NCBI GenBank assembly: GCA_012026655.1
Contig: JAAILG010000373.1
Coordinates: forward strand, 1-64,000
Direction of reading: 5' to 3'
From: Hydrolagus affinis
Lineage: Eukaryota
Length of the DNA: 64,000 nt
Within the stretch, counting starts at the first letter, position 1. The number at the start of each line of letters is the position of its first letter. Positions 50,349 through 63,067 of the stretch are shown here, in pieces. A program made the position numbers and the translations under genes. Below the pieces are notes generated by a model that was not told the origin of the DNA, ran no database searches, and saw only the letters and a list, made by a program, of their open reading frames with translations.

Positions 50349-52712
50349 TATTTCCCTGCGAATCTCTCATATATTGATTACCTCTGTTACCAAATGCAAT
50401 TCTTCGCTCAATGACACACATTATATTCGTCTATATCAGCGGTTGGTTATCAACCTCTGTGGTCGGCCAACCAAATACATGTTTATTGATTTTTTTCTTC
50501 ATTTATGGCTGCTCCATGGATTTCGTGGCTCAGTAGCTACTGGAAACCAGGTTTTGATTTGCCTGGACTGGTGCAGGTGGTTGATGGGGCACTTCTTAAT
50601 GAGTTGGCAACCACCGATCTATACTGTACTGTATTTTCCAATTCAAAGATCAACTGTCAGTCAGAAAAATATACTTAGGTGTAATGTGTGGTAAGCTTGA
50701 GTTAGCACACCTCTGGGACTCAGGTTTAAATGAACTTCAGTCTCATGGAATAGAAGCATGTTCTTTCTGTCAGTTGTGACGGATCCCTAGTAAATTGCAA
50801 GTGGATGACAGTAGCATTTTAAAAAGACGTAACATGTTTGTCACCTTTGTGTGTACCAGATAACTTGCAGAGATTTACTGTTTAGCATTTTCCTAATTCC
50901 CTGGAGATTTGGGATGGAAGAAAATTCGAAACTATTTGATGTCCACAAAAGCAGAATGTAGAAATTCTAATTCCCACAAATCTCGTTCTTGTAGATTTTA
51001 TTTGGTCAAGCTCATTTTCACCCACATATATACAGTACAGTCAATTCACTTTACAGTATATTTAGTGAGGTGCTTGAGAAGCCGTGAAAAGAGCTATATC
51101 AAATGCAAGGATTATTATAGTTGTTATTATTTTCCCAACAGTTGCAGCAAGAACAAATTTCCCTTCACGAGACTTGCCTGGATTCAAACCCAGTTTCCAG
51201 AGGTGAAAGTAGACTGCGATGCACTACTCCACTTTGGTGCTAAGGTGCTACATCTTTTTAAAACTGGTGGCACGTGATATGTGCAACAATGAGCACATTC
51301 CAACTACTGTATAACTATTAAATCCATGTTAAAAACTTTTTGATCATGTTTTGGTCATCTTTCCCCTCTCGCACCTCGGCTCCAACTCCAACTAGGATCC
51401 CCAGCCAGCAGTGTCCTATCAATTTGGAATGTCCTCCCAATGAGAAAGGCACTACTGTGTATAAATGTAAATTTGTATCACGAGACAAAATTCTAAACAC
51501 TACATGGAAGTACAGCTAGTTGCTCATTTTAAAATATACTGTACATATACTGTATTGCACTTTGAAAGATTTAAGTAGAAGGTTAGCATTATCTGAAGTT
51601 TAGAATGTTTCATATTCTGAAAGCTGCACAAATAATTAGCTGCTATTATCAGCTGAGCAGACTTATCCAATAATACAGTATTACCAATGTATTGTAACTT
51701 ATTTTTTTTCATTGGAGTGTTGTACATTTTGCAGGATTACACCTGTGCACTTTAAATGCATTTTTAGCAATAAAAATATACTCTTAATATTACACTTCGA
51801 TTAAATTTACTGCAAACCGAAGGAAATGGAAACTACAGGTCCTAAGGTCCCCTGCAACTCAAAATGCTGTATAAAAACCTATGATAAACTTGGAACTTGC
51901 AGTGTTTAACATCTTTTTGGTAGTATCAATATTTTGTTGCAATTTTTGGTCATTTTCATCTAATACATAACAGATACCTTTTTGCATTTCATGGGAGACT
52001 CTTAACTCTTCCAGCAAATGATTGTGATTTTTCTTACTACAAGCAATTTTCCTCAGAACGAGCTGAATAGCATGTTGTACAGAAAGGGAAAATTATTCAA
52101 ATCATTATCTGAGTTCAATGACTTGCTGGAAAATTGGAAAGACATTGGTGTTTATCCTCCTGCACAACATTGCTTTTGAATGATATTGCTAACAATTGGA
52201 AAAAACATTTTTATTTATAATATTTGTTTGTCTTTGTGATTTAGATAGATTTACAACGTACAAAATGAACACTGATGCAGGGAAGTATTCTATCATCCAA
52301 AGTGCAACTTACACTTCAAGTGTAATGTAACATTGTTGCTTCCACTTTAAAACTCCGATTTTGTTTGTCTCATTTTGAGTTACTTTCTTTTCCTATTGAG
52401 ATTCCCGATGATGATTGTTTAAAAATACAGCACTATTAAAGCAGAGTTGTTACTCTTGACGTTTTCCATCTTTGCCCATTTTCCCGTAGCTATTGCTACA
52501 CATGATCAATAAATTCTTGTTCTTGATGTGTTGCCTAGTTGTGTTTGATTGAACATAAAGCAAAAACTCAAAGCTCCATTGCACAACTGATCCGCTGAAG
52601 TGCTATCAGACTATTACATATTTCATTTTTTAAATCACCCAAAAACGGTGTATCTGACACCATAATTTCCAAGGAATGCAATCCTATCAACAAAGGGCAG
52701 ACAAGTGGTTTA

Positions 52713-53057
52713 ACTGAGATCGACTTCAAGATCCTCACTTTCGTTTACAAATCCCTTCACGACCTAGTACTTCCCTACCTCTGACCCGCTTTCTCCACTC
52801 GGCTGGCTCTGGCTTCCTACTTGTGTCTCTTCCCCTCCGCTCCATTCTTTCAGCCACAACGGCCTGAAATTTTGGAACCCTCTCGCTCAATCCCTCTGTC
52901 TTTCTCCCTCCCACTTTTTCACAGCTGAAGACCTTCCTGTTCGAAAGTGTTTACGGTCATCTTCTCCCTCCCCCGGCAGATTCCATTATTCCATTACTGT
53001 TAAGCACTCTGAGACACTACCTCATATGAAGGGTTCTGCATAAATGTAAGTTGTTGA
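52713..53057 (+). mobile_element. L2-type LINE 3' fragment
   Basis: Encodes EIDFKILTFVYKSLHDLVLPYL and ends in the GAAGGGTTCTGCATAAATGTAAGTTGTTG tail. Confidence 0.7.
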
Positions 53058-53350
53058 TCCTGGTCTCTACTGTGCTAGCAGAATGAGGCATGTAAGTGCA
53101 CTGTAGCAACTCTAATGTACCTTCATTAAATACAAATCTTATTTATTCATGATCCCATTTTCAATTACAATTGAACCCAGGGCCAATTTAACTTATTATG
53201 CAGATGGACATTAAGGGATCCACCTTTGCTGTTCCCCAAACTAAACAGGAGTTTTGCTGAAGAGTACTGGCAAATAATCCGTAGAAAAACAATCAAATTA
53301 ATTCCTCATTGCTGTTATATTTGGGATATTGAGCATATAAATTAATTTTC

Positions 53351-53441
53351 ACAAGGTTGTATTCAAAGCACCAAAGTCAAATTTTAAGTTCAAGGTATTG
53401 TTTGTCAGTGATACTTTAAATAATTTAAGCTAACAATATTT
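53351..53441 (+). repeat. 91-bp direct repeat, copy 2
   Basis: Matches 50258-50348. Confidence 0.9.
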
Positions 53442-53842
53442 ACACAGTTTGCCAACTTTAACATTATTCACTTAATTTATAATGTTAGTACTATTTTGTG
53501 AGGGCCTTCCAGGCATTATTTTTTTTATCTGTGAAAGGAGTTACACAACAAAGTTAGTGCCGAATCTCCATGTTAAAACCTGCAAATATTGCAAGCGAAA
53601 AAGTCATCTTAAATAAAATAGTAACCCAAAGCATTTCTAGCTCATTATTATTTATTGATAAATTCATCTCAGTTAATAATGGTTGATGTTGTGCACTCAC
53701 ACCAAAAGCCTGTTTCGATTTAAATTACTCAGGTTTAATTGTTCCAATTTTCAATTAGCAGCATATAGAATCATAGAATTATACAGAAGAGGAGGCCTTT
53801 TTGCCCATTGAGTCTGTGCCGGCTCTTTGAAAGGAGCTGTCC

Positions 53843-54071
53843 AACAACAACAAAATTACACCTGTATAGTGCTTTTCACGTCAGGAGGATGTCCCAAGCC
53901 CTGGACATTCAGACCCGAGTTGCTTCAAGGCTGCTTCAGACCCGAGCTGAGGCCGGGGGGAGAGGGAAGTGGGGGATTAGGAGTTGCAGATGGATCCATC
54001 GAAGAGGAGAGTCTTGAGGTGAGACTTGAAGGTGGCCAGGGAGGGGGTGAGGGGGAGGGACTGGAGTTCCA
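53843..54071 (-). mobile_element. L2-type LINE 3' end
   Basis: (CAA)n-AATTACACCTGTATAGTGCTTTTCACGTCAGGAGGATGTCCCAAG; same family as 63645-63950. Confidence 0.7.
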
Positions 54072-54252
54072 GAAGTCCAAATCAATCCCTCTCTCCCGTT
54101 CTCCCCCCATAGCCCTGTAAACCTGTCCTCCCCATATAATTACGTTCTTTTCTTAAAAGTTATTGTCAAATCGGCTTCTGCCACCCTTTCAGGCCAGTGA
54201 AGCCTGAAACTGAACACGGCTTATATTTCTCATACAATATTCGCATATATAA

Positions 54253-54562
54253 AATAATAAACTAATCCTTGCATTTGATATAGCGCTTTTCAGATCTTTG
54301 AGATGTGCCAAAGTGCTTCACAGAATATACTGTAAAGTGAATTCACTATATATTTGTGGGTGACATCCAGTTATGCACAGCAGTGTCCCACAAACAGTCG
54401 TGGATTGAAATGACCAATTACCAACTGTATATTATTGTTTTTTTGGAGGGATTATTATCAGCCGTGTGGAGTAAGGAAACTTGTCGAAGGTTTTGCGCTG
54501 CTTGAAATCGAGCCCATGACTCTCGCTTGAAAGGCAAATGCTCTAACCACTGAAGACTCCAC
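54253..54562 (-). mobile_element. tRNA-derived SINE
   Basis: Family match on the minus strand. Confidence 0.85.
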
Positions 54563-54962
54563 ATACATATACTATAGAGATGTACAATACAATACCCCCA
54601 CAAATGTTTTGTGATCTAAGTTATAAACTATAAAGCTATCAATCGATTAATTGAACCTTTTTAACTTACATAAATAGGTACCGTCACTCAGAGCATGAAA
54701 TTGGACCTTCTTACTTACCAGTGTACATTTCAGACTAGATTATTTCATTCCTGATACAAGTATTAAAAGTTGACATCACTGTTTATATAATACAATATAA
54801 GCAACGATGTAAACAGAAATATAAATAAATAAGTTGTCCTGATCTTTAGATTAGTTCCATCACAAGAATCTTGAATGGGCTCACAGCACAGCATTGCCGA
54901 GTCATGAATAGCAATGTGGAACAGGTTCCTTCCAGGTCATTTTTTTGTTGTTTGACTTTGTT

Positions 54963-55553
54963 TCACAACCTGTGTTCTTCGAAACCAGGCTGTATGCCTT
55001 CGTTTTTATAATTCACTTTTCTCTTGACGTGTGAAATGATGGTCTTCAAAGCCACGGACAACCCTTGGCCTGTTTTGGCACAGCACGGCTGTACGTACCA
55101 GTCTCTATCCGAGCAGCATCTCTTCAAACGCAAACATCTGGTCACTTCCTCTGCGGTCATGGCATTGGGGAGATCCTGTTTGTTGGCAAGTACCACCACC
55201 GGGACTCCCTTCAGATGCTCGTGTTTCAGCAGGCGCTCAAATTCCTTCTTGGACTCTTCCAAGTGCACCTTGTCAGCACTGTCCACAACGTACACAATCC
55301 CGTCCGTGTCCTGGAAGTAATTGGGCCAAAACTGCCGCAGTTTGCTCTGCCCTCCCACGTCCCAGACGGTGAGAGAGATCTGTTTATCGCCCTCCAACAT
55401 CTCCACGTTGAAGCCTATGGTGGGCACAGTGAAACATTCAGTCTCACTGAACTTCAGTTTGTGCAACAGAGTGGATTTCCCCGCTGCGTTCAGACCCAGC
55501 ATTATTACTCGAGCTTGCTTCCTTTTCGATTCCTTGGAGGTTAACAAACCCAT
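54963..55553 (-). CDS. ARL14: ADP-ribosylation factor-like protein 14, intronless, 196 aa
   Basis: N-terminal MG (myristoylation), G1 GLNAAGKS, switch I PTIGFNVE, G3 WDVGGQ, G4 ANKQD, and the ARL14-typical CSDRDWYVQPCCA. Syntenic next to KPNA4. Confidence 0.92.
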   Translation of the reverse strand: MGLLTSKESKRKQARVIMLGLNAAGKSTLLHKLKFSETECFTVPTIGFNVEMLEGDKQISLTVWDVGGQSKLRQFWPNYFQDTDGIVYVVDSADKVHLEESKKEFERLLKHEHLKGVPVVVLANKQDLPNAMTAEEVTRCLRLKRCCSDRDWYVQPCCAKTGQGLSVALKTIISHVKRKVNYKNEGIQPGFEEHRL

Positions 55554-55729
55554 TGGAAACTATTCAGAGCCACTGAGTGTGTGTGTGTGAGTCTGTGGAT
55601 CCACTATTTCAATTTCCCCCCTCCACCACAGATTTTGAGTAGAAGTTTTCTGTGAATTTAGGCACAACTGTGTCAGTCTTTACACTCAAATCTGTGAGGT
55701 TATTGTCACACAATACTTAGAAGCCAGCG

Positions 55730-55766
55730 GCTATTTATTCAGCGTCCCCTTATCACAAAGATAAGG
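55730..55766 (-). promoter_or_regulatory. Putative ARL14 core promoter: TATA-like AATAAATA plus an inverted GATA pair
   Basis: + strand CTATTTATTC at about 55731-55740, and CCTTATC-ACAAA-GATAAGG at 55748-55766, about 180-210 nt upstream of the ATG. Confidence 0.45.
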
Positions 55767-57596
55767 TGATGTTTTACTAAGGCGCTGGTGTTACCTAAAC
55801 ACAGGGTGTGTGCTGGTACAATGTGGGATGTCCACATAAGCAACTGGAGGTGAAAGTACACTTTTTTGTGAGTAATTGGAAGCTGTTGCCTCAAGTGAAT
55901 TACCTAAATGTTCAGGCTTAGATTGACTGGGTCATTCATTACATAGCACCATTAAGATTATATTGCAGTGGAGATATGTGTCTGACCCATTTTATTTTGT
56001 CTCAAAGGGATACTCGGACTGATTCATTTGTTCCCCCGACGAATACAGATTTATATAAATCCACCCTTATATAAAGTGGTCTTTACGTAAGGGTGGACTC
56101 GGAGTAAAGGTTTAATAATCCTCTGGTATGCATTTGATATAGCGGCTTATCACACACCAAAAGATGTGCACTCTACACTTTGAAATTCTACTAGAATTGA
56201 AGAATGACAGTATGCATCTATCCGAATCCATAAATTAAGTTGATTTTTCAATAATTTTAACAAATTAATTAGTTTTGAAAATGACCAACAATGACCTATA
56301 ATTAAGTTACAATCACAAGTCATTATTGTTCGCCCAAAAAGTTCCTAAACCTTTTCTGATGGGCGCTCAAATGCCTATTTCCGGACCGTTTCTCAGAAAT
56401 GATCATTATTAAACACTTGACCCCGGAAAATAGTGTCGATTCAAAGGCACAGGGTGTAAAAATGACTAACAAAGTGAGGCTAGTGGTTGTATTAGATGGG
56501 TGGTTGCTGAATAAAGGTGGCTGATTATGCAAAAACCTATCTAGGTGGTTGGTGAATGGAGGCGGTTGCTTGAACAGGTTTGATCCTACAGTCAGTACAC
56601 TTCACAATAATTCCTGTGAGGTTCTTTGAGATGCTCTCCTAATGTGAAAAACACTATAAATTGCAAGGATAATTATTTACTGGAACTCATCTATTTACTC
56701 TTTTCTTTGCAGACAGCCACTGGAACACACTGAGCCCCATTGAAACAAACTTCTTGAATAACTTGCCCATCAGTGGTTTCATTAACATTGTTAGCTGAGA
56801 ATATTACTTGCCCTTGATTCTATATGCGTATATTGAGCTTTTTTTTAAAAAGTGCTGAATTTCCACCAGGTTCACATGACTTCAGTTTTTAACAAATACA
56901 AATACCAACAACAACTTGCATTTATATAGGACCCTCCACCCTCCTCACAGCCTCTCTGAGCTCCTACATAACCTAGTTAACTCATTTGCTATAGACCACA
57001 ATTTTATTATTATTATCAATTTGCTTGTGCTATATATTTTTTAAAAACAGACCCAAACATTTCTAAAGCTTCTTGTATGTAGGGAAGAACTGAGCATATA
57101 ATATATCTGTTGGGGCTAGGCAGCAGTTCCTGATCGCATCTTTGTCATTTTTTTGGTGTGACATGAAATTCAGATTGAAAGGTTCGAGGAGCAGAGCAGC
57201 TTCTTGATGTACACAGGACCATGTTTCCACGTTGCACTCCATAAAACAATCAGGGAGTTGACCTTCCTATCTCGTATCAAGCCACCAAGTGGTACCAAAT
57301 GGTGTAAACCAACCGTTGCAACAGACGCTTCGCAAATAACCATGCGTATTTAAAGCAAAGCCCTGCCTGCTAAAGTAAAGAGACGTATATTGAGTGGAAG
57401 GAAATAAAACGGAACCCGTCTGTCTCACTGTGAGTCAACTTCAGAGTTTCTTTTCAAATGAATTCATGTTGTGTGGTCAACACTAAGGAGATTATGCACC
57501 ATGCTCTAAATCAAATACAGTACATAACTAATAACCAATGCATATGGAGAGTTTTCCAATTCAGCAAGTGGGTACATAAAACAAGTAAAATGTACA

Positions 57597-57907
57597 ACTC
57601 CTGTAGCTCAGTGGTTAGAGCACTCGCCTTACAAGTGTGAGACCTGCGTTTGAATCCAGGCAGGTCAGGGCGAAACCTTGGGCAAGTTTCCTCACTACAC
57701 ACGCCTAATAATAATCCGTCCAAAAAACACCCCACAATAATAAAAATTGGTCATTTAAATCCACAACTGTTTGTGGGATGCTGCTGTGCGTAATTGGCTG
57801 CCGCGTTTCGCCCACAAATATACAGTCAAATTCACTTTATAGTATATTCTGTGAAGCACTTTGAGATGTGAAAAGCCCTGTATCAAAATGCAAGGATTAT
57901 TATTATT
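57597..57907 (+). mobile_element. tRNA-derived SINE, full length
   Basis: A box, B-box-like GTTTGAATCC, family body and (TAT)n tail. Confidence 0.9.
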
Positions 57908-59384
57908 AACACAAAAATCCCAATATAGCAAATTGAAGACCCTTCCAGGGTGATAAAGGCACTGATTTCCATTGACTGTAACTATGGCTACATGTGATAT
58001 TATTCTGGAAATAGAATAAAAATAATAATCCTTCCATTTGATATGGCGCCTCATCATATCTGCGAGAGAAAGGGAGTATATAAAACGAGCTGCGCTAAAA
58101 GTAAATTATTTCATATCTAAGTCTCTGTCAACAACTTCAACAACAACAACTTGGATTTATACAGCCCTCTCCACACTGGATGGCGTCTCAGAGAGCTTAC
58201 CCACACAATTAAAAAGAAGATATTGCTTAATTCTTTCAATTGCTTCGAAATTACCGGAAGAGTTTCTGCAATCAATTAGAAAGTATTCAAGAGAGTGTCC
58301 TCTTTGAGAGTGTCTTTGGTCATTCAGACCCTTGCCTCCCCACCCCCTGCAAAGCCAGGATTGTCAAGCACCTTGTGATGTCCTCTCGACGTTAAAGGTG
58401 CTGTATTAATGTAAATTTATATTTTGCTACGTTGCAGAAACATCAGCCAGGGTAGAGCTTTGGTCAAAGTACTGTGTTGTTTTAACAGAGAGCTGAGTAA
58501 GGAATCCTGCCCAGTCCTGACCAATCAGTGTACAGTGATGCTTATCAAAAATCCCCTATTGTTTAATCAGCAATATCATGGCGCACGCACATGACAGACT
58601 GTAACAAAAAACCCACCGATCTCTGCCAATGTCATTCATATCCCCGTCCTTAGGAACACTACCTCTGATAATGTGACAGAAATCTCCTGATAACCATAAC
58701 TTGGATCAGACAAAGGGACACATGCCCATTGATGTGAATAGAAGTCTCTACATTCAGAAGAGGAGTGGAGTGAAAAGGAGAAACAGAATGCATTAACTAG
58801 ACATGTTTTGAGACAGAGAAGTGCAGATGTGATATTAGCCAACCTTACATGATTAGATTCTGACTGCACCTAATACTCTCCTTTGCTCATTGTACTATCA
58901 GAGCCAAGCGTTGAGAGATAAGAAAGCAATAAATTAGATAAATGGAGTTTGTGGATATTTGACACTCTTCGATGGTCTTTGGACTTTGTTGCAACAACTG
59001 TCACTGTTAGATGTGGCATTCAATACATGTTGACACTACATACTCCAAAGTAACTGCTAATGATCAAAGGGATTCCGCGTTTATTACGAGTTGTATTTTG
59101 CTATATAATTTTTTATGACAATAAATCGGTTTCATGCACGGAAAGGAAAGACGTGCCTGTTAAAAAGCTTTAATGATCAATCCTGATGTAAAATACTATC
59201 TATGAACCTAGCTATTATTGAGCGAGAAAGATGCAGCAAAGAAGCTTTTTTTAAGATCATTGTCAAATCCCCATCACTCAGAACGATCTAATCTATTTTA
59301 AGAGGTACACTCGCTCATCTCTGGATGTGCTTGCAGTTTTGCACTTCTGTTTGTATTGGTGATTGGTGAACACAGATCTAAATA

Positions 59385-59610
59385 ATAATGAAAAACCTTG
59401 AATTTGATATAGTCCCTTATCACGTCTGCTAGACGTCTCAAAGCGCTTCACAGAATATACCGTAAAGTGAATTGACTGTATATTTTGTGGGCGAAACGTG
59501 GCAGCCAATTGTGCACAGCAGCGTCCCACAAACAGTCATGGAATGAAATTACCAATTTGTTTTTCTTGAGGAATTATTATCAGGTGTGTGGAGTAAGGAA
59601 ACTTGCCCAC
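59385..59610 (-). mobile_element. tRNA-derived SINE lacking its head
   Basis: Family tail and body; the match ends at GGAAACTTGCCCA, just before the CR1. Confidence 0.85.
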
Positions 59611-59654
59611 GTTAATGGTGCTAATCCATAACATGAACAAGTTGGAATAAGAAA

Positions 59655-60339
59655 TTAAATAATTCTTTGAAGGTGGCAGGACAGGTAGACAAGCCTGTTA
59701 AAAAAAATGGGATACTAGGCTTTATAAATAGAGGCATAGAGTATAAAAGTCATGAAGTTCTGACTAACCTCTATAAAACTTTGGTTAGACCTCAGCTAGA
59801 GTACTGTGTTCAATTCTGGTCACCACACTTTAGGAAGGATGTTAAGGCATTGGAAAAGGTGCAGAGGAGATTTACCAGGATGGTACCAGGACTGAGGGAC
59901 TTTAGCTATGAGGAAAGGCTAGAGAGGCAAGGTTTATTCGCATTGGAACTGAGAAGGTTACGAGGAGACCTAATAGAGGTTTTTAAGATCATGAGGGGAT
60001 TCAACAGAATAAACAAGGAAAAACTGTTTCCACTGGTGGTTGTATCAGTGACTCCTGGTCACAGATTTAAAATAGTTTCAAAAAGAAGCAGAGGGGAGGT
60101 GAGGAGAAATTTTTTCACTCAGCGAGTTGTTCGAATCTGGAATGCATTGCCTGAAAAGGTGGTGGAAGCCGATTCGATAACAACTATCAAAAGAGAGGTA
60201 GACATTTATTTGGGTAGGACCGGTTTGCGCGGTTATGGGGAGAGAGCTGGGGAGTGGGATTAAATTGCTCTTTTTAAAGAGCCAGCACAGACTCGATGGG
60301 CCGAATGACCTCCTTTTGTGCCATAAGATTCTATGATTT
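59655..60339 (+). mobile_element. CR1 LINE, 5'-truncated (ORF2 C-terminal 198 aa open, 59667-60263, plus 3' UTR)
   Basis: LYKTLVRPQLEYCVQFWSPH..KALEKVQRRFTRMVPGL..RRLRGDLIEVFKI..FFTQRVVRIWNALP, followed by an ATTCTATGATT tail. Confidence 0.93.
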
Positions 60340-60726
60340 CATCAGGGTTTCTCTGCTGCAATGGCACATTGTTAGATGAGTACATACTTAAGTGGAGCCT
60401 TTGACCATATTTTGTAATGAAACTCCAATAGAATGTATTCGCAGCAGCATCCACCACTGGCAATGCACTGGCATAATCGATCCTTTTATTATACACTCCA
60501 CTCGATATCAATGTCATGAAGTCTATTGCAAAATGGTTGCAAATCATTAACACCCTAATGGGATTGTAAATGCGTTTGTCATTTTATTACGTGAAAAGTG
60601 AACTTGGTCTCCAAAAGGAACAGCATTTCCTTTACCCGCCAATCTTTCCTCTTCTGAAAACAGTGAGTCATAATGGAGCACCTTCCCCGTTGAACTGAGG
60701 AATGTGTGTATATATATATGAACGCG

Positions 60727-61038
60727 TGGAGATGTGAAGCTCAGTGGTTAGAGCACTCGCCTTACAAGCATGAGACCTGTGTTTGAATCCAGGCAGATCA
60801 AGGCGAAACCTTGGGCAAGTTTCCTTACTCCTTAATAATAATCCTTCCCCAAAAAATCACAATAATAAAATGGGTAATTTAAATCTACGACTGTTTGTGG
60901 GGACGCTGCTGTGCGCAATTGGCTGCTGTGTTTTGCCCACAAATATACAGTCAATTCACTTTCCAGTATATTCTGTGAAGTGCTTTGAGACGTCTAGAAG
61001 ACGTTAAAAGCGCTATATCAAATGAAAGGATTATTATT
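60727..61038 (+). mobile_element. tRNA-derived SINE, full length
   Basis: Family match. Confidence 0.9.
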
Positions 61039-63067
61039 TTTTATTAGTCCTGCATCCCCAAAGGTTATGGTAGAAAACTTCACCGTGTTCTTTGCCCTCG
61101 TGCTTATATGCCTCACGTTTAAGGGTGCAAAAGATCACCCCAAACTTGTAGAATATGCTGTGCTTTCAAGACATTTCCTCTTACGTGTCTAGCCTAGACG
61201 TATTTTTTGAACTCTGTCCACCTGTGAGATATTATCGGTGCCAGACAACTATCAGCAATTTTATTTTCAACCCTTCAACGACAACCACAAATATGTAAGC
61301 TAATATTGCTAGTTTATCTGCCCTTTATTGCTTTCAGTCATTTTTTTTAACTCACCCTGCTAAAGAGTTTTAAGATAAACTTATTTTGAAGAATTAATTA
61401 TTTTTCAAACTAATAAAAAATACTTCTAAAACAGGAAGCAACCTTGGAGAGACATAATATTTCTATTCCATCTTCCTACGCCACTTTGAACGTAGATCAG
61501 ATTGATGGGATCAATGTTTTGTATCGCTGCTGAATGTAGGTGTTTTATGTAAAATGAGTTTGAAGATCCTTGTGGGTATAATCTGCAGCATTGAACTGTT
61601 CACAAATTGACAGTAAATGTGACTTGGGGAGACCAAAAGGATAGTTGTTTAATGCTTTGCAGTGTGGCTTTGAACTGTAAGCTTTTGATACTGACATTGG
61701 GTGTTGCCTCATCATTGCAGCGAACTTTATGTATACAAAAAAATTACATGTCACTGTAAATCACTATATAAAAAACACTTGTGTGACATCTTGCAGCCAA
61801 TTACACAGTGACACTTACAAAAAGCTAGAAGCAGATCGCCTGCCTGATGCCTTGGCAGGATAATTATACTTGACACAGAAGCATTTTAAAGAGAGGCAGA
61901 AAATTAGAATTAAACTTTGAAGAAGAAATAACCGCTAATAGTTTTTTTTAGGCAGTAATTGCAGAATCATTAACAATTGAATTACTGGTGAGGCTAATAC
62001 TGTATAATCGATTCATATGTGACCATTCCAATGCAAATTGACAAGCCATTCATGTGTTTGCAGTTTGACCTAAATTAGTTGGCTTTCTGCCAATGTTATC
62101 CATCCAGCAGGAAAAGAAACACAACAGAGAGAGGTTGTTTTGTAGGCAAAATGATTGAGAGACCAATGCGATTACACAAAGCAATGTTTCTGCAGGATAT
62201 GATGTGTGTTTTTCGCGCTGGGAATTGAATTCAGCAATTTATTTTTTGGATTTTTTGGGTGCTTTTTAGTGCATTAGTGTTCGCCTTTGTCTACATCTTC
62301 CTTTCATCCCAGCTTTGTTTAAAAGCTGTTCCATTTGTACATCGACTGCAAGGTCACAGGATGCTCAGGTCTTTTATGTGGGTGACTGGAGCAGCTGGAT
62401 CTGTGTGCTTCACTGACTGCTGACAGCACTGACATGCATTTGTCATGTTTCTGCATTTCCCCAGAACTGCAATGCCTGCTGACCTGTTAACAGGCGAGTG
62501 GCCTGTTTGGGTTTGAAAATACCTCTGGATGCCTGAACTGAAACTGAGAGTTTACCTTTATTTTGATGAAATTGAAGACTATAAATTGGCCCCCACAAAT
62601 ATACAGTCAATTCGCTTTACCCTATATTCTGTGAAGCGCTTTGAGACGTCTAGAAGACGTGAAAAGCCCCATATGCACGATCTGTTTACCTCCGCGGTCA
62701 TTTATAGTTTCAGTAAATGTGAAAACAGAAATTTGTCTGATGATATCGACAGTATATTGACAGTTTTATGAAATTTGCTTTTGTTACATACAGTTGACAT
62801 TGACGCCGTTAGCTCAAGTACATGAAAGTAAAAATGTAAATGTAAATGTAAAAAAAAGTGATAACTTAATTAGGTAATTAATGGCCAGATTCTCCTTTTC
62901 CAAGTGCAGTGAGCCTTTGCTATTCTTCGGTTTATGTTTTTTAACTGATTGCACAAAATTTCTAAGACTCAGACTAATAATCTTTATATTTGGTGTCATG
63001 CCTGCAACATTACGAGTGTTTCAAAGCGCTTCACTAGGTTTGTATGGTGTTATGGCTGTGTGTATGT

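Noticed and set aside
50258-53441. LTR retrotransposon bounded by the 91-bp repeats
   Set aside because: No TG..CA ends, PBS/PPT or gag/pol are evident; the interior is AT-rich DNA with SINE and L2 fragments.
59667-60263. Host protein-coding gene
   Set aside because: 5'-truncated CR1 ORF2 end with no ATG start, followed by the CR1 tail.
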